From positions 11,236-75,235 of the forward strand of contig JAKSRF010000001.1 of NCBI GenBank assembly GCA_024403755.1: a DNA stretch of 64,000 bases, in the 5' to 3' direction. A program made the translations under genes and the position numbers. The stretch comes from Clostridia bacterium (GTDB lineage Bacteria > Bacillota > Clostridia > Saccharofermentanales > Saccharofermentanaceae). This document shows positions 49,767-57,994 of the stretch, in pieces. The notes under the pieces are model-generated. The model worked only from the letters and a program-made list of their open reading frames with translations, was not told where the DNA came from and searched no databases. Position 1 is the stretch's first letter, and each line of letters begins with the position of its first letter.

Positions 49767-50060
49767 CAGGAGAAACTGAAACTATATCGGTCTGGAAGCG
49801 GCTGCACTGTATCCTGAGGATTATTATGCATATATCGGAATGGCACAGACTGTCTGCGACGGTCAGGATAATGATACTTTGATTTATGATTTTATGAAGA
49901 AGATATTCACTGAACGCGGTGACAACCACAGATTAAAGAAACCGGAAGACTGTGTCGTGCATCTTGATGACGATAAAGTTCTATGCAGGGATTGGCCTTC
50001 CTTTGTATATCTTGTCCACGATGCCGGAGCCTGTAGTGGAATTCTTAAGAGACATCATAG
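49767..50060 (+). pseudogene. Internal fragment of an alpha/beta hydrolase
   Basis: Frame of ORF 49840 extends upstream as YIGLEAAALYPEDYYAYIGMAQ, which is the helix/strand after a GxSxG nucleophile elbow. The elbow and N-terminus are absent, with an in-frame stop at 49777. Confidence 0.55.
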
Positions 50061-50152
50061 AGGAATAAACTACGCTCAGATTTCAATTTCTGTTTGGAGA
50101 ATTTCTTCATTAGTGTTATTGTATATATACTAAAACAAAAGGAAAATAATTG

Positions 50153-51016
50153 ATGGGTATTTGGGATTTTATTGTTGCGATAATTTACGGAATAGTTGAG
50201 GGAATAACTGAGTGGATTCCTGTAAGCTCTACCGGTCATATGATTCTTCTTGATGAATTCCTGAAGATGAATGTGTCAGATGCGTTCTTTGAGCTTTATC
50301 TTGTAGTTATTCAGTTGGGTGCCGTCTTGGCAGCACTGGTTCTTTTTTGGCAGGATATCTGGCCTTTCGGAAAGAAGAATAACAATAAACCGTTCAGAGA
50401 TAAAGGGTGGGGAAGCTACATAAAGGCAGACAGATTTTCTATGTGGTTTAAGATATGTGTTGCGTGCATTCCGGGTGTTGCCACTGAGTTTCTTATAAGT
50501 GATTATTCAGATGCACATTTTTATAATTTTGTTTGTGTGGCAATAGCACTTATTGTATTCGGTATACTTTTTGTTTTTGTCGAAAAGGTGTTTTGCAGAA
50601 AAAGAAACTTTCGGGTAAATGATATTGATGAAATATCTTATAAAGATGCAATAATTATCGGCTTGTGGCAGATGATTGCGGCAATTTTCCCGGGAACATC
50701 TAGATCGGGGGCTACAATTGTCGGTTCTCTTCTTATAGGAATTAAACGTGAGACAGCTGCTAAATTTACTTTTATTATGGCTGTTCCTGTAATGTTCGGC
50801 GCAAGTATTCTTAAAATCCTGAGATATGACGGCGGATGTTCAAACAATGAATTGTTGCTTTTGGCTTTAAGTATGATTGTGGCGTTTGCTGTATCTTTTG
50901 TTGTTATCAGGAAGCTTATGGCATATATCAGAAAGAGAAGTTATGTTGTATTCGGTTGGTATCGTATCCTTCTCGGTATAGTAGTGCTGACATATTATTT
51001 TGTAAAATACAGATAA
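50153..51016 (+). CDS. uppP: Undecaprenyl-diphosphate phosphatase (BacA/UppP)
   Basis: GIVEGITEWIPVSSTGH, VIQLGA, PGTSRSGAT. Confidence 0.95.
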   Translation: MGIWDFIVAIIYGIVEGITEWIPVSSTGHMILLDEFLKMNVSDAFFELYLVVIQLGAVLAALVLFWQDIWPFGKKNNNKPFRDKGWGSYIKADRFSMWFKICVACIPGVATEFLISDYSDAHFYNFVCVAIALIVFGILFVFVEKVFCRKRNFRVNDIDEISYKDAIIIGLWQMIAAIFPGTSRSGATIVGSLLIGIKRETAAKFTFIMAVPVMFGASILKILRYDGGCSNNELLLLALSMIVAFAVSFVVIRKLMAYIRKRSYVVFGWYRILLGIVVLTYYFVKYR

Positions 51017-51020
51017 ATCA

Positions 51021-51057
51021 AAAACGGCTCAGGTTATTCAGTATCCTGAGCCGTTTT
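51021..51057. terminator. Bidirectional terminator between uppP and citrate synthase
   Basis: AAAACGGCTCAGG/CCTGAGCCGTTTT stem between convergent genes. Confidence 0.8.
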
Positions 51058-51079
51058 ATATATCAATTAATCTGAACTG

Positions 51080-52447
51080 TTACTTTCTGTCGTCTATTTT
51101 GACATATTCATTTCTTTCCTGAACACACTTATATGCAGGGCGAATAATCTTACCCGCACAATTGAGTTCTTCGATTCTGTGTGCTGACCATCCGGAAATA
51201 CGAGCTATGGCAAATAACGGTGTATAGAGCTCCAACGGAAGGTTGAGCATACTGTAAACAAATCCGCTGTAAAAATCAATGTTGGCAGAGACACCCTTAT
51301 ATATGCGTCTCTCTTTGGCAATAAGTTCTGCTGAGATTCTCTCGACTGCATTATAGAAATTATATTCTTTTATGCGACCTTTCTCTTTGGAAAGAGCTTC
51401 GACGTAGCCTTTAAATATCTTTGCTCTAGGATCGGATATTGAATAAACGGCATGACCCATTCCGTATATGACACCTGCATTGTCAAAAGCTTCTTTATGC
51501 AGAATCTTATCAAGATATGCAGCAATTTCTTCCTCGTCATTCCAATCATGGACGTTCTTTTTAATCTCATTCATCATTTTTACGACTTTAATATTTGCAC
51601 CGCCGTGCTTAGGACCTTTAAGTGAAGACAATGCTGCAGTCATACATGAATATGTATCGGTACCGGAACTGGTAACTACATGTGTTGTGAAGGATGAATT
51701 GTTACCGCCGCCATGCTCTGCATGAAGTATTAATGCCAAATCAAGAATCCTTGCTTCAAGCTCACTGTACTTATTATCAGGACGTAAAATATATAAAATA
51801 TTTTCTGCTGTTGATAAATTAGGTTGCGGTCTGTGGATATAAAGACTGCCCTTATCAAGATAGTAATTCTTTGCCTGATAGCTGTATACGGCAAGAAGAG
51901 GGAATATTGAAATAAGTTCAAGTGATTGTCTTAAAACGTTCGGAATAGAAATATCATTTGCGGACTGGTCATAAGCACAAAGACTCAGTACGCTCCTCAT
52001 GATATTGTTCATAAGATCCGGAGAAGGCTTTTTAAGTATAATATCTCTTACAAAGTTTTTTGGAAGATTTCTGTATCCGGAAAGAATTGAATTGAATTCT
52101 TTTAATTCATCTGAAGTAGGAAGTTTACCGAATAAAAGGAGATATGTAGTCTCTTCAAATCCGAATCTGTTATCGGCTACTGCTCCGTTTACCAAATCAT
52201 TTACGTTATAGCCTCTGTAATAAAGCTCGCCGTCACAAGGAACAGTCTGACCGTCTACAACCTTGGACGATACTATCTCGGAAATTTCAGTCAGACCTGT
52301 CAGTACACCTTTACCGTTAAGATCTCTTAATCCGCGTTTTACATCATATTTGGTATAAAGCTCAGGGTCAATTTTGTCATTGGAACATAAAGATGCAAGT
52401 TTTTGAATTTCAGGTGTAACTTTAGAAAAGTTGTTAATGTTGCTCAT
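51080..52447 (-). CDS. gltA: Citrate synthase (Si-type family)
   Basis: LHAEHGGGNNSSF, GPKHGGAN, YGMGHAVY..SDPRA, ANIDFYSG, RISGWSAH. Confidence 0.93.
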   Translation of the reverse strand: MSNINNFSKVTPEIQKLASLCSNDKIDPELYTKYDVKRGLRDLNGKGVLTGLTEISEIVSSKVVDGQTVPCDGELYYRGYNVNDLVNGAVADNRFGFEETTYLLLFGKLPTSDELKEFNSILSGYRNLPKNFVRDIILKKPSPDLMNNIMRSVLSLCAYDQSANDISIPNVLRQSLELISIFPLLAVYSYQAKNYYLDKGSLYIHRPQPNLSTAENILYILRPDNKYSELEARILDLALILHAEHGGGNNSSFTTHVVTSSGTDTYSCMTAALSSLKGPKHGGANIKVVKMMNEIKKNVHDWNDEEEIAAYLDKILHKEAFDNAGVIYGMGHAVYSISDPRAKIFKGYVEALSKEKGRIKEYNFYNAVERISAELIAKERRIYKGVSANIDFYSGFVYSMLNLPLELYTPLFAIARISGWSAHRIEELNCAGKIIRPAYKCVQERNEYVKIDDRK

Positions 52448-52639
52448 TAAAAACCTCCGAAAAAAATAAAAATTTTAATGCGAAAAAAATATTCTCTTAA
52501 ATATACTTGGCTATTATAACAAAAAAATGGTCAAAATAAAATGCTAATTGTATGAAATATGAGTGTTTTATATTGATGTTATTGCTATTTACTTGTTTTG
52601 GAATATAATTTTATTGTCCGAGGACGGAAGGGAAAAGTT

Positions 52640-53260
52640 ATGCTTATTTTAAAATCGGTTTTAAGTACAATGATTGTGCTGTCAACAGTCTTGTCTTTGC
52701 AGTCGGGAGTTATTAAGGTCAGTAATGAACAACAAAACGATTCTGATTATTATCAAGACGTAGTTTATATCAAACAATGGAACAGCGTAACCGATGAGCA
52801 AAGATATTATTTTGATGTTGAGGTTAAAGCGGCTGCTGTCGGTTTAAGTGTGAAAGATTATAAGTTTTTCAGAGATGTTGTGGAGTGTGAATCTGTCGGC
52901 GGCGATAATATTGAAGACAGGATATTGGTAGCGTGTACTATCATCAACAGGGTGAATGACGGCAGATTCGGTAAATCCCTTTTTGAGATTCTGACAAGAC
53001 CGGGACAGTTTCATTGTGTTACTCAGGATGAAGAGACTGAAGAGTATAAAGTAGCGGGCAGTGGTTCTTTGGAGAGTGAATGGGCTATTATTGAGGCTTA
53101 CAGAAGAGTAGCAGATGGTACGGTTCCGACTGATATGTTGTATTTTAATTCTATCGGTTTTGATAAGCACAAGTTCGACTATGCTTATGTAGGCGGTAAC
53201 TATTATTCAACCGAGACTCCTAATGAATTTACCGATTTAACTGTAACAGAGGAAGATTGA
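52640..53260 (+). CDS. Cell wall hydrolase, SleB/Hydrolase_2 family, secreted
   Basis: Signal-like N-terminus; VECES, VACTIINRV, PGQF, LYFNS. Probable start ATG 52640. Confidence 0.75.
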   Translation: MLILKSVLSTMIVLSTVLSLQSGVIKVSNEQQNDSDYYQDVVYIKQWNSVTDEQRYYFDVEVKAAAVGLSVKDYKFFRDVVECESVGGDNIEDRILVACTIINRVNDGRFGKSLFEILTRPGQFHCVTQDEETEEYKVAGSGSLESEWAIIEAYRRVADGTVPTDMLYFNSIGFDKHKFDYAYVGGNYYSTETPNEFTDLTVTEED

Positions 53261-53307
53261 ACTGATTTGTTTTGAGTTAAGATAATGTACGATTGGATTT
53301 TCGATTT

Positions 53308-53812
53308 CTCCCTTTTTACAAAAGTGTGTCTATATACTAAATTTCAATTTAGCGTGCTATTTACTGTGATTTTGGGTACTTCATTTGAAAGTACATCTAT
53401 TATATGGTCACATGTATAAATGCCATAATGATGACCTCTTCCTGGATATGAATAGTCTTCTGTATGAATTATTACATCATCATAAAAATCATTAAATCTT
53501 GATTTGGTAAAATCAACAAGATAATTACCTTTTCGAACTTCATAATTGTCCCATGATGTATATGATTCATTACGAGTCATATGCATAATATAAGAATCAA
53601 ATTCAATACATATAATAATACCCGTATCAGTTTCTATTTTTATGTTTAATGAATTAGTTGCATAGCCTTCTTCATTAACCTCTTCTATTGAAATCAAGTA
53701 AGGTGGTAAATTCCCAAACTCCTCATTTAACTCTCCAAAACCTATCATCATATACCTCACTAAATCAGAATTTTATCTGTCTATTATAAAATACACAAAT
53801 GTAAAAAGGGAG
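53308..53812. repeat. Inverted repeats flanking a single AT-rich gene
   Basis: CTCCCTTTTTACA (53308-53320) and its exact reverse complement TGTAAAAAGGGAG (53800-53812), each continuing inward with NNN-GTGT. Confidence 0.8.
53344..53751 (-). CDS. Hypothetical AT-rich protein (immunity-protein-like, uncertain)
   Basis: ORF with GAGG RBS, start ATG 53751 or 53748; motifs RNESY and HYGIYTCDHIIDVLS. Confidence 0.6.
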   Translation of the reverse strand: MMIGFGELNEEFGNLPPYLISIEEVNEEGYATNSLNIKIETDTGIIICIEFDSYIMHMTRNESYTSWDNYEVRKGNYLVDFTKSRFNDFYDDVIIHTEDYSYPGRGHHYGIYTCDHIIDVLSNEVPKITVNSTLN

Positions 53813-53849
53813 TTCGATTTATAAAATCTCGTTTTTATTCAAAAAGTGT

Positions 53850-53878
53850 TTGACAAATAACATGCACTTCAATATAAT
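53850..53878 (+). promoter_or_regulatory. Sigma-A promoter of tRNA-Leu/Lys
   Basis: TTGACA, 17 bp spacer, TATAAT (perfect consensus). Confidence 0.85.
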
Positions 53879-53890
53879 ATTTAACGCTAC

Positions 53891-53975
53891 GGGGTTGTGG
53901 CGGAATGGCAGACGCAGCAGACTCAAAATCTGCCGACCATAAATCATGTGGGTTCAAGTCCCACCAGCCCCACCA
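53891..53975 (+). tRNA. tRNA-Leu(CAA)
   Basis: GGGGTTG/CAGCCCC acceptor stem, GCAGA-CT CAA AA-TCTGC, long variable arm, CCA. Confidence 0.95.
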
Positions 53976-53979
53976 TTTT

Positions 53980-54055
53980 GATTCATTAGCTCAGCCGGTA
54001 GAGCACTTGACTTTTAATCAAGGGGCCTGGAGTTCGAACCTCCAATGAGTCACCA
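53980..54055 (+). tRNA. tRNA-Lys(TTT)
   Basis: GATTCAT/ATGAGTC acceptor stem, CTTGA-CT TTT AA-TCAAG, CCA. Confidence 0.93.
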
Positions 54056-54082
54056 AACGATGTTGTTACATCGTTTTTTTTT
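54056..54082 (+). terminator. Terminator after tRNA-Lys
   Basis: AACGATGT/ACATCGTT stem plus T run. Confidence 0.75.
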
Positions 54083-54164
54083 GCCATTTTTTACATATTG
54101 CTTTTATTAATTTGTTGTGTTGTGTATAATTCAGTTGTTTACTAAGTAAAGGTATGGTTTTTTT

Positions 54165-54389
54165 ATGTTATTTGATTTGATTTTGAGAGCTGAAGAGACA
54201 GTTGTTCCTACTGTAGAGGCAACACCGACACCGTATCCGGATAATCTTCAGTATCACTATTTAACCGAGTATTTTACAGGTGATATGGAGTTGTGGTCAA
54301 TCCTTAATATTGTTATAGCGTTTGGATTCGCATTCCTGATTATGTTTGCTATACTTTTCTGTCGATATAAAAGAAGTAAGAAAGCTTAA
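54165..54389 (+). CDS. Small single-TM membrane protein
   Basis: 74 aa; C-terminal TM helix followed by basic tail RYKRSKKA. Confidence 0.55.
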   Translation: MLFDLILRAEETVVPTVEATPTPYPDNLQYHYLTEYFTGDMELWSILNIVIAFGFAFLIMFAILFCRYKRSKKA

Positions 54390-54421
54390 TTGTTTTTTTA
54401 CGCAACTTATGGGGGCATTTT

Positions 54422-55168
54422 ATGTTAGAGGTAAAAAACAGATGGATTTTGGTTACAGGTGCAAGCCGCGGTCTCGGAAGGCTTATTGCTTCTGAATTGG
54501 CAAACAAAGGTTGCAATTTAATCCTTCAGAGTCGTAATAAAAGTAACACATCGGATATAGAGGAGAAGGTCAGAGAGAACGGCGGAAAAGCTGTCAGCAT
54601 GACATGTGACTTAGGAATAAAGGAAGATTTACTTTATTTCATTGAAGAATTGGATAAATACGATATAGATATCGTTTACAATAATGCCGGTATTCAGGTT
54701 ACATACAGACCGAATGTTTTTGATACAACGTATGAAGATTATGAGTTATCTTTTCGAGTAAATACAATAGCTCCGATGATGATTTGCTACAGTCTTGCTC
54801 CTAAGATGATAGCCAAAGGCTTCGGACGTATAGTAAATACTACCTCAGGAATAGATAACGAACCGGAACAGGGTCCTTATTCTGCCAGTAAAGCAGGTTT
54901 GGATAAGGTAACAGCTGATTTGAATAAACTGTTTGAAGGTAAAGATATTAAGGCTTTCCTTACCGATCCGGGTTGGTGCCGAACTGATTTGGGAGGTCCT
55001 ATGGCACCTAATGATCCTGCGTCGGCGGTTAACGGATTATTGGCTCCGGGTCTTGTATCGGTTGTTGATAAGGTGAATTTTAAGTCTGTAATTCATGCAC
55101 AGGATTATAAGGACATGGATTTGAAAGCTGTGGTTGAGGGATTGGAAGATGGAAGATTTCCATTCTGA
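54422..55168 (+). CDS. Short-chain dehydrogenase/reductase
   Basis: TGASRGLG, NNAG, YSASK. Confidence 0.92.
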   Translation: MLEVKNRWILVTGASRGLGRLIASELANKGCNLILQSRNKSNTSDIEEKVRENGGKAVSMTCDLGIKEDLLYFIEELDKYDIDIVYNNAGIQVTYRPNVFDTTYEDYELSFRVNTIAPMMICYSLAPKMIAKGFGRIVNTTSGIDNEPEQGPYSASKAGLDKVTADLNKLFEGKDIKAFLTDPGWCRTDLGGPMAPNDPASAVNGLLAPGLVSVVDKVNFKSVIHAQDYKDMDLKAVVEGLEDGRFPF

Positions 55169-55754
55169 AGACATTCTTCCGGTACCGAAATACAGATTTG
55201 AAGAGTTGGCATTTGAGAGCGATGAGTTGCGTTTTGCTGTCATGAATTCAAAGGCAACTTCTGAGGTTACTGATTATTATATGCGTAACAGAGCTTTTCA
55301 TGCAGAGTTTTCGCAAACGCATGATGACAAGTATTTTACCTACTCGACTCAGAAAAAATATCTTATAGACGAGGTAAAGGATTTCAATCGAAATCGTATT
55401 CTTCCGCTTTTTATTACGTATAAAGGAAATCCCAAGCATATAATCGGAAGGATTTCTTTCTTTCATTTTGCTTTCGGCGGAATGAGAAACTGCATTATTG
55501 GCTACAGTTTGGATAAAGAAGAAGAGGGAAAGGGAATAATGACAAAAGCCGTTCCGTATGCGATGAACTTTTTATCGCAGTTTTACTCCATTCACAGAGT
55601 TGATGCATATATTCTCCCCAAAAATGAAAGATCACTGAAGCTGATAAAACGAGTAGGTTTCATTGAAGAAGGAATTAAGCATGAATTTATGCATATAAAC
55701 GGTAAATGGGAAGATCATATAGATTTTTATTACCTTTTCGAAAAGAATAATTAA
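55149..55754 (+). CDS. GNAT N-acetyltransferase (RimJ/RimL-like)
   Basis: IGRISF, IGYSLDKEEEGKGIM, NERSLKLIKRVGF, INGKWEDH. Start uncertain (55134 or 55149). Confidence 0.88.
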   Translation: MEDFHSEDILPVPKYRFEELAFESDELRFAVMNSKATSEVTDYYMRNRAFHAEFSQTHDDKYFTYSTQKKYLIDEVKDFNRNRILPLFITYKGNPKHIIGRISFFHFAFGGMRNCIIGYSLDKEEEGKGIMTKAVPYAMNFLSQFYSIHRVDAYILPKNERSLKLIKRVGFIEEGIKHEFMHINGKWEDHIDFYYLFEKNN

Positions 55755-55842
55755 AAAGAAATCTGATTTTAAGAAATTTTTTCTTTTTATTCTTGAAAAC
55801 TATGAGATAATATAATGGAATTTAGTTTTTGGAGGAAAACAA

Positions 55843-56298
55843 ATGAACAGGAAATTGAAATTTTTTGTTTCTGTTATTATGACATCATCATTTATTTTTT
55901 CATTTGTTGCGTGCGGTAAGAAAGATAAAGATAAGGAAAAAACTCAGGAAACTGACAAAACTGAGGCAACGGAGACTGAGGAAACAACTACTCTTCCTGT
56001 AGTATCTGAAACTGCTGCAATAACTTCACTTCCTGACTATTCCGGTCCATTGCCGTCAAGCAGCGTTCAGGTAACTTGGAATGAAAATGCTATTGATGAG
56101 ACTGTAAAATATGCTATTTGTACTCCGGATAATTTTCTTCGTGTAAGAAGCGGTCCGGGCACTGATTATGATATAGTCGGTTCTCTGACAACCAATATGG
56201 AGGTAGTTGTAGTAGCCGTAACGGATAACAACTGGTATAAGACTAAAGATGGTTTCTATATTTCCGGGGATTATCTATCAGCAACAAAAGGTTCTTGA
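55843..56298 (+). CDS. SH3b-domain lipoprotein
   Basis: Lipobox FVAC, Thr/Glu-rich linker, LRVRSGPGTDYDIVGSL...WYK...YISGDYL. Confidence 0.85.
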   Translation: MNRKLKFFVSVIMTSSFIFSFVACGKKDKDKEKTQETDKTEATETEETTTLPVVSETAAITSLPDYSGPLPSSSVQVTWNENAIDETVKYAICTPDNFLRVRSGPGTDYDIVGSLTTNMEVVVVAVTDNNWYKTKDGFYISGDYLSATKGS

Positions 56299-56389
56299 TT
56301 CGAATTTTTTTAAATTTTTTGAAAAAATGTGTGGACATTTTTAATTGCTTGTTGTATTATAACTAGGCGCTTAAACAACAAGCTTTCAT

Positions 56390-56463
56390 GCGGGTGTAGT
56401 TTAATGGTAGAGCTTCAGCCTTCCAAGCTGATTACGTGGGTTCGATTCCCATCACCCGCTCCA
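56390..56463 (+). tRNA. tRNA-Gly(TCC)
   Basis: GCGGGTG/CACCCGC acceptor stem, TCAGC-CT TCC AA-GCTGA, T73, CCA. Confidence 0.95.
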
Positions 56464-56470
56464 CTTTTTT

Positions 56471-56547
56471 GGGTCATTAGCTCAGCTGGATAGAGCAACA
56501 GCCTTCTAAGCTGTGGGTCGGAGGTTCGAGTCCCCCATGGCTCACCA
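56471..56547 (+). tRNA. tRNA-Arg(TCT)
   Basis: GGGTCAT/ATGGCTC acceptor stem, ACAGC-CT TCT AA-GCTGT, CCA; one A-C mismatch in the T stem. Confidence 0.92.
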
Positions 56548-56615
56548 AATACGGAACCGTCAATAGATGGTTCTTTTTTTTTGAAATAGCAGTCGTTTTT
56601 TATATAGAGGTATTT

Positions 56616-57926
56616 ATGAGTAAAACATCAGGAAAGAAATTTAAAAGTCCTTTCTTAAGTTATGTTTTGAGCGAGAATCGAGTTTTTTTGATATATGCCG
56701 TATTTTGTTTCTCGGCCTTTGCTCTTTTCTTTTTATATTCGGCATTTATGGGTGACGGTTTTTATCGTTTTTCATTATTTAAGTTGTGTGATGACACGTT
56801 TATGGATTTTTATAATTCTGCCCGCGATGCTCATATGCTTGATATCAGGTGCTATACTGAGAGCCATGTAATATATCCGCCTTTGGCGAATTTGTTTTAC
56901 GCAATTTTCGGAAGATTCCTTTCATCTTCTTTTCTGGTTGAGGGAAGTAATCATTCATTGTATTGGACAAAGAGCCTTTACAGCATTTTTTCTTTTGTTT
57001 TCTTTACTATGACAGTAGTTGCGATTATTGCTCTTGTGATTAATAACAGAGTAAAGGGTAGTTCGAGTCGTAAACTTACGTTTGCGATTCTCTCAATAAC
57101 ATGTTGGCCGTTTGCATATATGGTTGAAAGAGGTAATATTCTGATTCTTGCGTATCTCTTCCTTCTGATTTACATTTTCTATATGGATTCGGAAAGTAAA
57201 GTAAAACGTGAGATTGCGATAGTGGCATTGGCTTTATCTGCCGGGATTAAACTGTATCCTGCGGTATTCGGATTGTTGCTTCTCTTGAAGAAACGTTATA
57301 AAGAAGCAGTAAGAGCAATCATTTATGGTATTCTGTCGGTTGTTATACCATTGTTTGCTTTTTATGGCGGTATAGACGGATTAAAATCATGGATGACAAA
57401 TGTAATGTGGTTCAGCGGTTCCAAATCTGTTGATATATATTTTCCCGGTAGTACTACGCTGAAGTGCGGTTTTTATGTTTTACAGAGATTACTGGGCGAT
57501 GGTTCGATAGGCGTTAATGCCTTCGGTAATTTCCTTTTGACATATGTTCCGCTAATTCTGATGCTTGCTGCGGTTGTCATTCTTCCTAAGAAATGGCAGA
57601 AATTGATGGCTTTAGTGGTTCTCTCAATTACTGTTCCCGGCGGCGGAGGAAGTTATTCTTTGGTATTTTTGATTATTCCTTTGATTTATATGATGGAAGA
57701 TACAACACTGAGAGTGTTTGACTATATTTATGTTTTTATAATTACATTCCAACATATGTATTTCCCGATTCCTATGCTTTCGGCACAGTCAATAATAAAT
57801 CTTAATCAGGCTATTACTGCTGTTACTGTATTCAGTTTGTTCTTTTTTGTTTTTATTGATTTGTGTTTGGAGATTTACAAGATAATAAAGAGACAAAGAC
57901 ACATTGTAGCATTGTGGGATGAGTAA
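56616..57926 (+). CDS. GT-C fold membrane glycosyltransferase (GT87/DUF2029-like)
   Basis: Multi-TM; DFYNS, YPPLA, ERGNI, IKLYPAVF. Confidence 0.75.
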   Translation: MSKTSGKKFKSPFLSYVLSENRVFLIYAVFCFSAFALFFLYSAFMGDGFYRFSLFKLCDDTFMDFYNSARDAHMLDIRCYTESHVIYPPLANLFYAIFGRFLSSSFLVEGSNHSLYWTKSLYSIFSFVFFTMTVVAIIALVINNRVKGSSSRKLTFAILSITCWPFAYMVERGNILILAYLFLLIYIFYMDSESKVKREIAIVALALSAGIKLYPAVFGLLLLLKKRYKEAVRAIIYGILSVVIPLFAFYGGIDGLKSWMTNVMWFSGSKSVDIYFPGSTTLKCGFYVLQRLLGDGSIGVNAFGNFLLTYVPLILMLAAVVILPKKWQKLMALVVLSITVPGGGGSYSLVFLIIPLIYMMEDTTLRVFDYIYVFIITFQHMYFPIPMLSAQSIINLNQAITAVTVFSLFFFVFIDLCLEIYKIIKRQRHIVALWDE

Positions 57927-57994
57927 TTATTGTCTTATTTGTTATGTTATAATACACTTCGATATGTTAATATTTTAATTCTTTTGGAGGGAAT

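Noticed and set aside
52640-53260. SleB-like gene as evidence of sporulation
   Set aside because: The Hydrolase_2 domain also occurs in vegetative hydrolases; there is no PG-binding domain or spore gene context here.
53301-53820. Firm call as a chromosomal dif site or IS element
   Set aside because: Similarity to dif is partial, there are two inverted copies, and no transposase or clear target duplication is visible; kept only as a hypothesis.
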